Positions 48,096-58,167 of a DNA stretch of 64,000 nucleotides are shown here, one piece after another. The first letter of the stretch is position 1. Every line of letters starts with the position of its first letter. Source of the stretch: Microcoleus sp. (GTDB taxonomy: Bacteria > Cyanobacteriota > Cyanobacteriia > Cyanobacteriales > Microcoleaceae); contig CP181291.1 in NCBI GenBank assembly GCA_052279835.1, positions 5,824,001-5,888,000 on the forward strand, given 5' to 3'. Under the pieces are notes generated by a model, which had not been told where the DNA came from, did no database searches, and saw only the letters and a program-made list of their open reading frames with translations. The translations under genes were made by a program, and so were the position numbers.

Positions 48096-48629
48096 CTAAG
48101 TATCGAGTTGTCGGCGATGGGCGATCGCCTCTCCCAGCAAATTCAACAATTCATCTGGCATCCCATCTAACCAATGTGCGGCTAAGCTTTTGGGCCCCGG
48201 ATCGACTCCCGTGGCTAACACTGCATTTAATCTAGGCATGGCGATCGAGTCTACCAACTCAATCAAACCACTCAAACACCGATTAAACAAACGTTCCGTT
48301 AACTGAGAATCCTCGATCGGCAACTCAATAGAAGCGCGAACTTCGCCATCTGTAGGGTCATATTCAAACCGCAGCATCTTGACTTCCCAACTAATAGCTA
48401 GCATAGTTTGAAACAAAACACCCTTATGAAGGCAATCTTTCACCGCCAACAATTGCGGCGCAACAAATTGCAGAAATTCGCCATTTTCGCTAAGCTGGAT
48501 GCAGATGCCAAAATCATCAACATTCTCAGCTTTGACACCAGTAATAATCCGACATTTATCAGCATCGAAATTGTATTTCCAGCCGCGTTGTTCCAGACAG
48601 TGGGCAATAAAAGCAAGGGTGGTAGCCAT
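48096..48629 (-). CDS. YbjN-like (T3SS chaperone-fold) protein
   Basis: IAHCLEQRGWKY..IQLSENGEFLQF..RFEYDPTDGEVRASIELPIEDSQLT. Confidence 0.65.
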   Translation of the reverse strand: MATTLAFIAHCLEQRGWKYNFDADKCRIITGVKAENVDDFGICIQLSENGEFLQFVAPQLLAVKDCLHKGVLFQTMLAISWEVKMLRFEYDPTDGEVRASIELPIEDSQLTERLFNRCLSGLIELVDSIAMPRLNAVLATGVDPGPKSLAAHWLDGMPDELLNLLGEAIAHRRQLDT

Positions 48630-49171
48630 GAGTTTCGGGTTCCTAATTTATAGTAGATTTTCGGGTGGATAGCAGCGCCTTTTTCCGCTGCTATTTGTAT
48701 ATCGCTCCAGCAATCAAGAATTATGCGATCGATTGCTGTTATTTGCCTGGTGGAGTTTTGGGACATTCGCATTGGGCGGTGGTAGGGATGAGAAGTCGAT
48801 CGCCCGGTGCGGCCACAGCAGCGCTCGTTTTCGGATCTAAGTAGATACTGCCGATCGAATTGGCAACTAACAGCGAAATCAAGGCTGTTTCTAAGACGGT
48901 AAATGGCCTTTGCATAATTGACTCCTACTTCAACAGGGGTAAACAAGCTTGAGGTTTTGCTTCCCTCTGTTTATTTATCGGGAGTGTTTGGAGTTTTTTA
49001 TGCAAAGATGAGCCTCGCGCCCTGATTTTTCCGTCTATAATCCATAGTCCCCTGGACGCAAAAAACCCGGTTTCTTCCAAAAATCGTCGGTTTTTTCGAC
49101 AAATATTCAGGCAGAAACCGGGTTTTTGGTCCCCCGTGGGTTCAGGACCGATCCATACAAATCTTTGTCTC

Positions 49172-50890
49172 TCAAGGTTGTTGGCTACTTATCACCCTAT
49201 CAATTCCCTGAACTTCCAAGCGCTTTTTCGTTTCAATCAGCCAATTTTCCACTTCGGGCTGATATTTTTCCTTGGGAGCATATCTCAGACAGTTGCGCCA
49301 AGCCCTTAATGCCCCGCTGTTATCTTGTTTAGCTTCTCGCACCCGCCCCAACAGACAGTACGCAGCAGCCCGATCGCCCAAAAGTGCGATCGCGGCATTT
49401 AGCTGTATTTCCGCTTGTTCATAATCCCCCAATTCCAACAAAGCCCAGCCCATATTCTTGTGCAAAACCGACTTTAAATCCACTTCTTTAACAAGTTGCA
49501 ATCCTGTTTGCAATCGGGGAATAGCAGCCGAATATTGTTTCTCCAAAATATCCAACCTTGCCAAATTATTCAGGGATTTTTCAGGCAAATCTTTGAGAGA
49601 TTTTTTATAGCTATTTCGCGCTGAATCAAAGTCCCTATTTGTTTCAAAAATCAAGCCTTGAATATAATGAGCTTCCCCCAAGTTCGGTTCTAAAAAAAGT
49701 GCTAAATTTAGATAAAACTGAGCATGTCCTAACCTATCTGCTGTATAATTATCATGAGCGCAATTATTCAAAGAAACAGCCCACTGAGGGGCAAATAAGT
49801 TAAAACCGATAATTGCAAAAAATAGCGATACACTTAGCCCTAGGGAAGCCAGACGATAATTAATCCGAGTCCATCTAATATAACGCTTAAAAAAATTAAG
49901 TTTACTTCCACCTTGACCAAACAAATTAGCAACAGTTAAATGACTGCACTCAATTTCAGCTAAACGCTGCAAAACCGTACTGGGATTTTGAGGGCGACGG
50001 TGAGATTCAACGGCCATCATCTCATCAATTAATTTGGCAAATTTTACTGAAATTTGCGGTGCTAAGTCTCGCCAGATTAACTTTCCTGTTGCTGTTGTCA
50101 CTAAATTATCTGGGTGATCGCCAGTTAGCAAATGTACAAAAGTCCGCCCCAAAGCAAATAAGTCAGATTTGGGAATTGCAGCGCCATTTTCTTGTTCTGG
50201 AGCTGTATAACCAGATGATAAAATCCGCGTCGTATCTCTATTTTCATATTTATCGATATAGGTATCAGAATTTATTTGGCGGGCAGTACCAAAGTCAATC
50301 AATACTAGACTACCGTCAGGACGGCACATAATATTACTCGGTTTAATATCTCGATGAAAAAAACCTTTTCTGTGAACAGATTCTAAATTTTTAGCGCTTT
50401 GTCTCAGCCAATCAATTCCTCGTTCTTCAGAAATTGTCCCGTTTTCTTTCAGCCATTGTTCGAGATTTTGACCTTCAATTTTCTCCATTACTAAACAGTG
50501 GAGATTATTACCATTACTGGTTTCAAAAGTAAAGTACGCTCCCGGAAAAACTTGAGGTACTGCCAGAGATTTCAGATACCGTAATATCATTTCTTCTTCC
50601 TGAAACAAGCGAATTACATTAGGGTCGCTATTGTGGGTTAGCACTTTCAAAACTTTGGGAATATGGCAACCATACTCGCCATATTCTAAGTCTTGTAATT
50701 CAAAAATTTCGGTGCAATTGCTTCTATGTTGTAGTTTTCTCAGCGCTCGATAGCGATTGTTGATTAACAATGAAGTGTTGCAAACAAGACAATTATCCAA
50801 TCCATCAGGGTTTTGACGATGTTTGCACCTAGGATTGATGCAGTAGTTAACACTCTCTTCTCCCAACATTGGTTCATCAAAACAGTTCAT
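49172..50890 (-). CDS. Ser/Thr protein kinase with N-terminal Cys4 ribbon, TM helix and C-terminal TPRs
   Basis: YCINPRC..C..C; KVLKVL; HRDIKPSN; DFG; GYTAPEQ; hydrophobic helix; TPR repeats; GAGGAGG RBS. Confidence 0.9.
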   Translation of the reverse strand: MNCFDEPMLGEESVNYCINPRCKHRQNPDGLDNCLVCNTSLLINNRYRALRKLQHRSNCTEIFELQDLEYGEYGCHIPKVLKVLTHNSDPNVIRLFQEEEMILRYLKSLAVPQVFPGAYFTFETSNGNNLHCLVMEKIEGQNLEQWLKENGTISEERGIDWLRQSAKNLESVHRKGFFHRDIKPSNIMCRPDGSLVLIDFGTARQINSDTYIDKYENRDTTRILSSGYTAPEQENGAAIPKSDLFALGRTFVHLLTGDHPDNLVTTATGKLIWRDLAPQISVKFAKLIDEMMAVESHRRPQNPSTVLQRLAEIECSHLTVANLFGQGGSKLNFFKRYIRWTRINYRLASLGLSVSLFFAIIGFNLFAPQWAVSLNNCAHDNYTADRLGHAQFYLNLALFLEPNLGEAHYIQGLIFETNRDFDSARNSYKKSLKDLPEKSLNNLARLDILEKQYSAAIPRLQTGLQLVKEVDLKSVLHKNMGWALLELGDYEQAEIQLNAAIALLGDRAAAYCLLGRVREAKQDNSGALRAWRNCLRYAPKEKYQPEVENWLIETKKRLEVQGIDRVISSQQP

Positions 50891-50934
50891 TTTTGCCTCC
50901 TCATCAATTTTGTTAAAACAACGAAACTAAGACT

Positions 50935-51042
50935 TATACCATTTCCCTAAAATCCTGCAACAATTTTTGACCCCCCCCTAACCCCCCCTTACAAAGGGGA
51001 GGGAGAAGACTACTGTTGTATTCTTTTTTTAAATTGGTATTA
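50935..51042. mobile_element. MITE with ATACCA..TGGTAT ends (TA target)
   Basis: TATACCATTT...AAATTGGTATTA with an internal C/G palindrome. Confidence 0.6.
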
Positions 51043-51156
51043 GACATTGCCTAAATTTTAGGTAATGGGTAATTGGTAATTGGTCATTAATTTACAAGCC
51101 ATTTTTAGCAGTTTGTAGTTTGCAACCATTACCCAGCTAAATGAGAAAGGCTATAT

Positions 51157-51261
51157 TATACCATTTTCATAAATTTCTTACAGATGTAGTTCAAAGCCCC
51201 CCCTTACTAAGGGGGGGTTGGGGGGGTAGATATGTAGCGCTACTTTATGAAATTGGTATTA
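51157..51261. mobile_element. MITE with ATACCATTTTCATAAA / TTTATGAAATTGGTAT TIRs at the stop codon of the NB-ARC gene
   Basis: 16-bp near-perfect TIRs, TA flanks, internal CCCCCCCTTACTAAGGGGGGG. Confidence 0.75.
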
Positions 51262-52977
51262 CACAGGTAAGTTTTCCTCTTGTTTGCGATCGCCCGCTGC
51301 GAGATTTTTTTCCTCTGGTTGCATCACTGCTAGCAAATTTTGGAAATTCTCTTCAGTGTATCCTCTTTCTAGCCAATCCTGATTTTGGAGCACAGAATAA
51401 ACTTTATTTAACTGCTCGTAAGCTTTGCTATTAGTTTTAAACAACTTGGTCAAATGCTCTTTGAGAGTAATAGCAATGGAGTCTTCTACCCTAGCAGCTT
51501 TGGTATTTGGATTTAGCTGCGGATTTTTAAACACCAGATGACTTTTGAGTATTTCAATTTTATTTCCATCTGGTTTTTGAGTTTTGAGCATCGCCAAAAT
51601 TTCCCTGCAAGCCTTGGTTGTTAATTGCTCAGTCACGTACTGCATTAAAACATAGTGTAGCACAAACTCAGTTTGACCTTTGCCGGCGTTTTTATCAATC
51701 AACTCCCGGCGCAGCAGGGAAGATAGGGCTTCTAAAATTTCTGACTTAGATACGGGGAATAACAGATATTCCACTAACTGTTCTAAAGAAACCGGGGAAG
51801 CTTGGATCGCCAACCAATACAGAATTGCTTTTTCTAAATCTTCCAATCGTTCAAACTGGTCGTTTAATAAAGCCTTGATTCCTCCAAATACAAAAGTTTG
51901 GCGTTTGAGAAAGTCGGAAACTTTGCCGTTAAACAATTCCCGAATGGCGGGAGCTACAAGTTTTAACTCCAAGGGATTTCCTTGATATATCTTAATGAGT
52001 TCTGTCCATTTGTTCTCATCAGATAAGCCTTGAGCTTTAAAAAGTTCTCGTGCTTCTATCTCGTTCAAACCAGGCAGTTTTAAAGCTCGCACCGGCGAAC
52101 GATCGCCCACGAGCAGATCGATCGCCTCCGGTACTTCCCGCGTGACGACGACTAAGCAGCTTTGATGCTGTTGTGCTGCAATTCTTTGGATTAATTCCCC
52201 ATACTTCTCATAGCCTTCTCGATAATGTCCGGCTAACTTAGTCGGTTCTAAGATTGTTTCCCACCCATCAAACACCATCAGACATCGGAACTCTCGCAAC
52301 TTTTCTATGAGTTGGGAGATTCTTTGATCTACATCAACGGGTAAGTTAATTTGGGGCGATCGCTCAAAATCTGGCATCAAGGAAGTTAACAAATGAGCGA
52401 GCGTTGGTGCTTGACGGAGCGATCGCCAAATCACGAACTGAAATTTTCCCTGAATTTGTTGGGCTAACTTTACCGAGAGACTTGTCTTCCCAATCCCACC
52501 GACTCCACTCAAAACTACCAACCGACATTGTTCTGCGAGAATCCACGTCGCCAGGGAGTTGAACTCTTTAGTGCGGCCGCAAAAAACGGGAATATCTGGA
52601 GCTTCACCCCAATCAACCAGGGTGCTCTGAGGAATTCCCCCAGACATCGAGCCAGAGTCAGACAGCCGTTGTGCTGGAGGTGACATCATGTGGGCTGGTA
52701 GTTTGACGAAGGGCGATCGTAAATGTCGCCCCAAAGCGGCACGGAAATTGGTTTTGCTGACTTCTTCTCGAAAAATTTCCGAAAGCAATTTCCAGAACTT
52801 GGGCCCGACATCTCGCATCAGGTAATTCATCTTATATTGAGAATTTTCCGCCATTTGCTCGTAGGTCATCCCCAGACACGCCCCGCGCAGAATCGTTACT
52901 TCCGGGTCGCTGAGGTGTCTTTCGGTTTCCGCAAAAACCACGAGATCCATAAGTTTGAGAGTTTCTTCAAAATCCAT
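51259..52977 (-). CDS. NB-ARC/NACHT-type STAND ATPase with N-terminal HTH-like domain and no WD40 sensor
   Basis: HLSDPEVTILRG...TYEQMAE; DWGEAPD..F.GR..E; Walker A GVGGIGKT; LMVFDGWE; GNPLELKL. Confidence 0.88.
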   Translation of the reverse strand: MDFEETLKLMDLVVFAETERHLSDPEVTILRGACLGMTYEQMAENSQYKMNYLMRDVGPKFWKLLSEIFREEVSKTNFRAALGRHLRSPFVKLPAHMMSPPAQRLSDSGSMSGGIPQSTLVDWGEAPDIPVFCGRTKEFNSLATWILAEQCRLVVLSGVGGIGKTSLSVKLAQQIQGKFQFVIWRSLRQAPTLAHLLTSLMPDFERSPQINLPVDVDQRISQLIEKLREFRCLMVFDGWETILEPTKLAGHYREGYEKYGELIQRIAAQQHQSCLVVVTREVPEAIDLLVGDRSPVRALKLPGLNEIEARELFKAQGLSDENKWTELIKIYQGNPLELKLVAPAIRELFNGKVSDFLKRQTFVFGGIKALLNDQFERLEDLEKAILYWLAIQASPVSLEQLVEYLLFPVSKSEILEALSSLLRRELIDKNAGKGQTEFVLHYVLMQYVTEQLTTKACREILAMLKTQKPDGNKIEILKSHLVFKNPQLNPNTKAARVEDSIAITLKEHLTKLFKTNSKAYEQLNKVYSVLQNQDWLERGYTEENFQNLLAVMQPEEKNLAAGDRKQEENLPV

Positions 52978-53209
52978 TGCTTTGTTAGAGGTTGTGCTCT
53001 AGTGTCCTGACTGACTTCACCATAACCCTAAGTTAACAAAGCTTTTTAGCTAACTGACTTATGTCATTTTATTAGATACATAAGTATGTTATTTTTAAAT
53101 ATTTATTACTACAAATTTCAGTAAGGTTGTGGAGAATGATGGGTCAAGTGTTTGAGTTCTTCTCTATGCTCGCCACCTACAAGCCAAAAAAGAATTTTCC
53201 TCGAAACAC

Positions 53210-53238
53210 TTGACAAAGTGACGCACATACCATAGATT
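53210..53238 (+). promoter_or_regulatory. Sigma70-type promoter of tRNA-Leu
   Basis: TTGACA-17 bp-TAGATT just upstream of the tRNA. Confidence 0.7.
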
Positions 53239-53255
53239 AGTAAATCGTGGTTGAT

Positions 53256-53337
53256 GCGGAACTGGCGGAATTGGTAGACGCGCATGATTCAGGTTCATGT
53301 GGTGCAAGCCTTCCGGGTTCAAGTCCCGGGTTCCGCA
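53256..53337 (+). tRNA. trnL: tRNA-Leu(CAG)
   Basis: Acceptor stem GCGGAAC/GTTCCGC, D-loop TGGCGGAATTGGTAGACGC, anticodon arm CATGA-TTCAGGT-TCATG, long variable arm, GGTTCAAGTCC T-loop. Confidence 0.96.
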
Positions 53338-53410
53338 TTCTCAAGGCAGGCAGTAGTTTGGGGTGATGCCGAGGCAGGCAATAACCCCATCCACTCTGCT
53401 AAATTAAACA

Positions 53411-54187
53411 ATGCTGACAAGTATTCAAAATCCCCTAGTCAAGGAAATCCGCAAGCTCCATAGCTCGAAGGGACGCAGGGAACAACAATTATTTTTACTG
53501 GAAGGGACTCATCTGCTGGAGGAAGCTTGTGGGGTGAATTATCCCCTAGCAACGGTTTGCAGCACTCCTGAGTGGGTTGAGCAACATGGGAAATTGTGGG
53601 AGCTGGCTTGTAGTTTGGCCGATCGCACAGAGTTAGTCAATATGAAGGTGTTGGAGTCGATCGCTACTACAGTCCAACCCGATGGTATAGTCGCCACCGC
53701 ACGTCGCACCGCTACTCCACCAGCAGAATTCTCCACTTTGGGGATAGCTTTAGAAACCATTCAAGATCCTGGTAACTTGGGGGCGATCGTCCGCACGGCT
53801 GCGGCTGCTAATGCTGACGGTTTGTTACTGAGTGCAGATAGTGCGGATCTGGATCATCCCAAGGTGCTGCGAGCTTCCGCAGGAGCCTGGTTTAAACTAC
53901 CCATGACAGTTAGTCCCGATTTAATGGCGGAAGTTTCTCGATCGAAAAATCGAGGGATGCAAATTTTAGCCACAGTCCCTGATGCGACTTTAACTTATTG
54001 GGAAGTAGATTTGCGATTGCCGACTCTGATCGTTTTGGGCAATGAAGGCTCTGGTTTGTCGGGCCAATTGAGGAATTTGGCCGATCGACAAATCCAAATT
54101 CCTTTGAGTCGGGGCGTAGAATCCTTGAATGTGTCGATCGCTAGCGCCCTGATTTTATACGAAGCTCAAAGACAAAGAAGTTATTAG
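53411..54187 (+). CDS. TrmH/SpoU family RNA methyltransferase
   Basis: IQDPGNLGAIVRTA, KVLRASAG, LGNEGSG, VESLNVS. Confidence 0.92.
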   Translation: MLTSIQNPLVKEIRKLHSSKGRREQQLFLLEGTHLLEEACGVNYPLATVCSTPEWVEQHGKLWELACSLADRTELVNMKVLESIATTVQPDGIVATARRTATPPAEFSTLGIALETIQDPGNLGAIVRTAAAANADGLLLSADSADLDHPKVLRASAGAWFKLPMTVSPDLMAEVSRSKNRGMQILATVPDATLTYWEVDLRLPTLIVLGNEGSGLSGQLRNLADRQIQIPLSRGVESLNVSIASALILYEAQRQRSY

Positions 54188-54559
54188 TCAACAGTCCACT
54201 CTCAACCGTCATCTGCCCACAAATTCTGCCATTTTGTACACTTTGATGCAATTTTTCAGCTAGGAAAGCGGATACTCTCCTAGCATTGCAACTCATGCTC
54301 AGAGAAAATAAATGTAAAGAAATATAGCCAACCACTCTCAGAAATGTTAAGATTCTTAACATAAGTAGCATTGTTAACCCCCCAAGCAAAACCCAACCTG
54401 AGACGGGGGCGACAGGGAGTAGCAGCTAGCTACCATAAAATGAAGCCTCTTTAAATGCAAGGAAAGCGCAAGTCCCCGCCCGCTTTCCGTACCAGAAGAA
54501 GCTAGGGGTTTGCTACACAGCAAACCTTTAGAGGCACTGATCCTCAGCGGGAAAAGCTC

Positions 54560-55519
54560 ATGAAAACTCTTAAGTCCTCAGATACAGATTCTGTTCGCGC
54601 TTACTTGCGAGAAATTGGCCGCGTTCCCCTGTTGACCCATGAGCAAGAAATACTCTATGGGAAACAGGTACAGCGATCGACTGCACTGAATCAGGAGAAA
54701 TATATTCTCGCCGAAGAGTTAGGCCGCGACCCAACGACGGCCGAATGGGCACAGGCAGTTGGGCTGTCTGAGGCACAGTTGCAGCGGACGATCGAACACG
54801 GGGAAAGAGCCAAGCGGCAAATGGTGGAAGCCAATCTGCGGCTGGTGGTGTCGGTTGCTAAGAAATATATCAAGCGCAACGTAGACTTACTGGATCTAAT
54901 TCAGGAAGGCACTATTGGAATGCAGCGAGGAGTCGAAAAATTTGACCCGACTAAGGGTTATAGATTTTCTACTTATGCCTATTGGTGGATTCGTCAAGCG
55001 ATTACGCGGGCGATCGCCGAAAAAGGCCGCACCATCCGCTTACCAATTCACATCACCGAAAAGCTCAACAAAATTAAAAAAGCCCAACGCCAACTTGCTC
55101 AACAGCTAGGCCGGGCTGCCACTGCGGCGGAGTTGTCCCAGGAGTTAGATTTAACTCCCAAGCAAATTCGGGAATATCTAGAACGAGCTCGTTTGCCACT
55201 TTCCCTTGATTTGCGCGTGGGAGATAATCAAGATACTGAGTTGGGCGATTTATTGGAAGATACCGGTACTTCCCCGGAAGATTTTGCTCTGCAATCTTCC
55301 CTGCGGACGGATTTGGATCATCTGATGGCAGAATTGACTCCCCAACAGCGGCAAGTGCTGGCCTTGCGGTTTGGTTTGGAAGATGGGCAAACTCTCACCT
55401 TGGCAAAAATAGGCGATCGGCTTAACATCAGCCGGGAACGAGTGCGGCAAATAGAACGAGAAGCTTTGACTAAACTCCGCAAACGAAAGCAAGATATCAA
55501 CGATTATCTAGCCAGCTAG
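54560..55519 (+). CDS. Group 2 RNA polymerase sigma factor (SigD-like)
   Basis: [60 protein letters not shown]; no region 1.1. Confidence 0.92.
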   Translation: MKTLKSSDTDSVRAYLREIGRVPLLTHEQEILYGKQVQRSTALNQEKYILAEELGRDPTTAEWAQAVGLSEAQLQRTIEHGERAKRQMVEANLRLVVSVAKKYIKRNVDLLDLIQEGTIGMQRGVEKFDPTKGYRFSTYAYWWIRQAITRAIAEKGRTIRLPIHITEKLNKIKKAQRQLAQQLGRAATAAELSQELDLTPKQIREYLERARLPLSLDLRVGDNQDTELGDLLEDTGTSPEDFALQSSLRTDLDHLMAELTPQQRQVLALRFGLEDGQTLTLAKIGDRLNISRERVRQIEREALTKLRKRKQDINDYLAS

Positions 55520-55738
55520 GTAGATTGGGGACTGGCGATGGGCTTAGACTTTCGCCATCCCCAATCTAACATCGTAAAAACCGTCTTCTTAAATTCGGTT
55601 GTGCCCACTTCGTTGTTATCACCGTCCTGCTACATTAGTAATTACTTGGTAAGAAAGATAAGCAGCCAGTAAATAAGGTTATTGAAATTAACCGGGCTGT
55701 CTCTAAAATCAACAACTGTCTCTGAAACGGAGGTTCTC

Positions 55739-56080
55739 GTGAGTAATTCATCTAACAAATCCCCAGAATTTTTTGAAGAAGACGGAGAAAATTCTAATTT
55801 ACTGTGGCAGTACGTGCAGTCCATGGCTCCAGACACCGTTTCTCAGTTGTCAAAGCCAAATTCTCACGAAGTTTTTCAAGTAATGGAGCGAAATATTGTC
55901 GGACTATTGGGCAATTTACCTTCGGAACACTTCGGGGTTACAGTCACTACCAGTCGCGAGCATTTGGGTAGATTGTTGGCTTCGGCGATGATTAGCGGTT
56001 ATTTTCTCAAGAATGCCGAACAACGAATGACTTTTGAAAAGTCTATGCAAGCTAGTGAAATACACGGTTCTGATGATTAA
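55739..56080 (+). CDS. DUF760 family protein
   Basis: GTG start after GGAGG; NLLWQYVQS..LLGNLPSEHF.VTVTTSREHLGRLLASAMISGYFLKNAEQR. Confidence 0.88.
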   Translation: MSNSSNKSPEFFEEDGENSNLLWQYVQSMAPDTVSQLSKPNSHEVFQVMERNIVGLLGNLPSEHFGVTVTTSREHLGRLLASAMISGYFLKNAEQRMTFEKSMQASEIHGSDD

Positions 56081-56110
56081 ATTGTTAACAGTTAAATAGT
56101 CGAAGACTCA

Positions 56111-56136
56111 AGCCCCCCATCACCAGATGGGGGGCT
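56111..56136. terminator. Hairpin terminator
   Basis: AGCCCCCCATC-ACCA-GATGGGGGGCT followed by T-rich sequence. Confidence 0.65.
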
Positions 56137-56387
56137 ATTGTTATTTGTTAGTTGTTAGTTGTTATTGGTTAGTTGTTATTGGTTATTTGTTGGTTGTTAT
56201 TGGTTAGTTGTTAGTTGTTGGTTGTTATTCTTTGTTATAGAAAGAAAAGATAATCCCTAATTAATAACCAATAACCAATAACCATTAACCAATAACCAAT
56301 AACAAATAACCAATAACAAATAACCAATCACCAATCACCAATAACAAATAACCAATCACCAATCACCAATCACCAATCACCAATAAA
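56137..56387. repeat. Two heptamer STRR blocks in inverted orientation
   Basis: TTGGTTA/TTGTTAG run followed by TAACCAA/CAATCAC run. Confidence 0.85.
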
Positions 56388-56392
56388 TTAAT

Positions 56393-56809
56393 ATGTCTCT
56401 TTCTTCTTTACCTCACAAAGTCATCGGCGTTGCTGTCATCTGGAACGAACAAGGAAAAATTTTGATTGACAAAAGACGCCCACAAGGACTACACGGCGGT
56501 TTTTGGGAGTTTCCCGGTGGTAAAATAGAGCCTGGGGAAACCATGGAAGCTTGTATTGAACGGGAAATTATGGAGGAGTTGGGGATCGTCATCGCAGTTG
56601 GTGCGAGCTTGATGACGATCGAACACGACTACACTAATTTTACAGTGACGCTTTGCGTGCACAACTGCCGCTACCTCAGCGGTGAACCGCAAACCCTGGA
56701 ATGTGATGAAATTCGCTGGGTGACGCTAGAGGAAATTGACCAATTTACTTTTCCCAAAGCCAACGAACAAATTATTGCTGTTCTCCGTAAAAATGCTGGT
56801 GTTAACTGA
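56393..56809 (+). CDS. mutT: 8-oxo-dGTP diphosphatase MutT
   Basis: Nudix box WEFPGGKIEPGETMEACIEREIMEELG; FPKANEQII. Confidence 0.9.
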   Translation: MSLSSLPHKVIGVAVIWNEQGKILIDKRRPQGLHGGFWEFPGGKIEPGETMEACIEREIMEELGIVIAVGASLMTIEHDYTNFTVTLCVHNCRYLSGEPQTLECDEIRWVTLEEIDQFTFPKANEQIIAVLRKNAGVN

Positions 56810-56840
56810 TAACTGATAACTGATAACTGTTAACTAACTT

Positions 56841-58079
56841 TTATTTTTGAACTGGCAAAGTAAAGTGAAAACAACTGCCTTTGTCGGGGACTGAATCTAC
56901 CCAAATTTGACCGTAGTGGGCGCGGATGATGCCCTGACAAAGAGACAGTCCAATGCCGTAACCGTCTTGTGATTTGTCTCGCTGCAAGCGGAAGCTGTCT
57001 TCAAAAATGCTTTCGCAATTTTCTTGAGGAATTCCCGGTCCGCTGTTACCAATGCTGACTTGGACTTTGTAAGCAGTGCGGTGGAGCATGGAAATTGTCA
57101 CAGTTCCTTGCTCTGGGGTATACTTGCTGGCGTTGTCGAGCAGGTTGGCAATCACTTGTTTGATGCGATCGGGATCGGCATAAACCAAGGGCAAATCTGG
57201 AGGAATGTCTGTCTCCAAGTTGAGATTTTTAGCTTGAAATTTGTCTTGAAACTGAAGCAGTACATCTTGACAAATTTTCCCCAGTTCGATTTTTTTGGGT
57301 GCCATGTGCAGTTGGGCGTTTGTACCCCTAGCTGCTTGCAGGATATCTGTAATCATGCGATCGACAATCCGAATTTGCCGCCGAGCTTGTTTCATCAAAT
57401 GAGTCGCCAGAGTGGGTGTCAAACGTGATGTTTCCCCCTTTTTCACCTTCTGATGCGACTCCAAAGTTTCCAAAGCCAAAGAAGCAGCCGTCAAAGGATT
57501 GCGGAGATCGTGGGCGAGCATGGCAATAATGCGGTCTTTCAACTGCAACTGTTCTTGCAGGTGTTCTGTTTCCTGTTTGAGGCGAAAAACTTCATCCGAA
57601 AGTTGCACCAGTTCCACGGCGCAAGCAACCGAATAAATCGGTTTTGGCTCTGCCCCAGTGTCAGGCGGAGATGTTGGAGACTGTTGCTGAGCGGTGTATT
57701 CTTCTACAGACAACAACCAACGGGGCCACCAGTGCTCCAATTGGGCGCTCAAATTACTGCCGGCGAGGGTTTGTCGCGGAGCAGGATGGATTTTGAGCAG
57801 GGAAGGAGTGGCCAGGAGTTTAAAGTGTTCCGCCAAATCAGGCTGTTCCCCGACGTCGATGATTTGAAGTTCAAAGTTCCACTCTGCCTTCAAATCTGTT
57901 AGGGATTTGCGGATGTGTCTGGTTTGTTCCTTGGAAGAGGGACGCTTGTCTACGAACAGCAGAAGCTGTAAAACCGATTCGGAAGTGGCAGGCTGTTCAC
58001 GAGAACAGTCGGTATCACTTGTGCCGATGGTCGGATGGACGCTATGGAGCTTTTTGATCGGGTGAAAATAATTGACCAT
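56841..58079 (-). CDS. sasA: Circadian output histidine kinase SasA (true start may be slightly downstream)
   Basis: KaiB-like N-domain ([42 protein letters not shown]); His[12 protein letters not shown]; HATPase. Confidence 0.9.
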   Translation of the reverse strand: MVNYFHPIKKLHSVHPTIGTSDTDCSREQPATSESVLQLLLFVDKRPSSKEQTRHIRKSLTDLKAEWNFELQIIDVGEQPDLAEHFKLLATPSLLKIHPAPRQTLAGSNLSAQLEHWWPRWLLSVEEYTAQQQSPTSPPDTGAEPKPIYSVACAVELVQLSDEVFRLKQETEHLQEQLQLKDRIIAMLAHDLRNPLTAASLALETLESHQKVKKGETSRLTPTLATHLMKQARRQIRIVDRMITDILQAARGTNAQLHMAPKKIELGKICQDVLLQFQDKFQAKNLNLETDIPPDLPLVYADPDRIKQVIANLLDNASKYTPEQGTVTISMLHRTAYKVQVSIGNSGPGIPQENCESIFEDSFRLQRDKSQDGYGIGLSLCQGIIRAHYGQIWVDSVPDKGSCFHFTLPVQK

Positions 58080-58167
58080 TGCCGAGCCCAGTTATTTCAC
58101 TTCTACTTTAATTTAATACCTCCTTTAGATTTATGCTAATCTCCGATAATTTGATGAGGGCGGATGG

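Noticed and set aside
48440..48946. 168-aa minus-strand ORF
   Set aside because: It overlaps the YbjN-like gene in another frame and has atypical composition.
53256..53337. tRNA-Leu as the integration site of an island
   Set aside because: No integrase and no duplicated tRNA 3' end were seen, and the accessory cluster lies on the 5' side of the tRNA.
54380..54555. Possible riboswitch in the long leader of the sigma factor gene
   Set aside because: Hairpins are present (GGAAAGCG..CGCTTTCC; GGTTTGCT..AGCAAACC) but I cannot match any riboswitch consensus; a covariance-model search would be needed.
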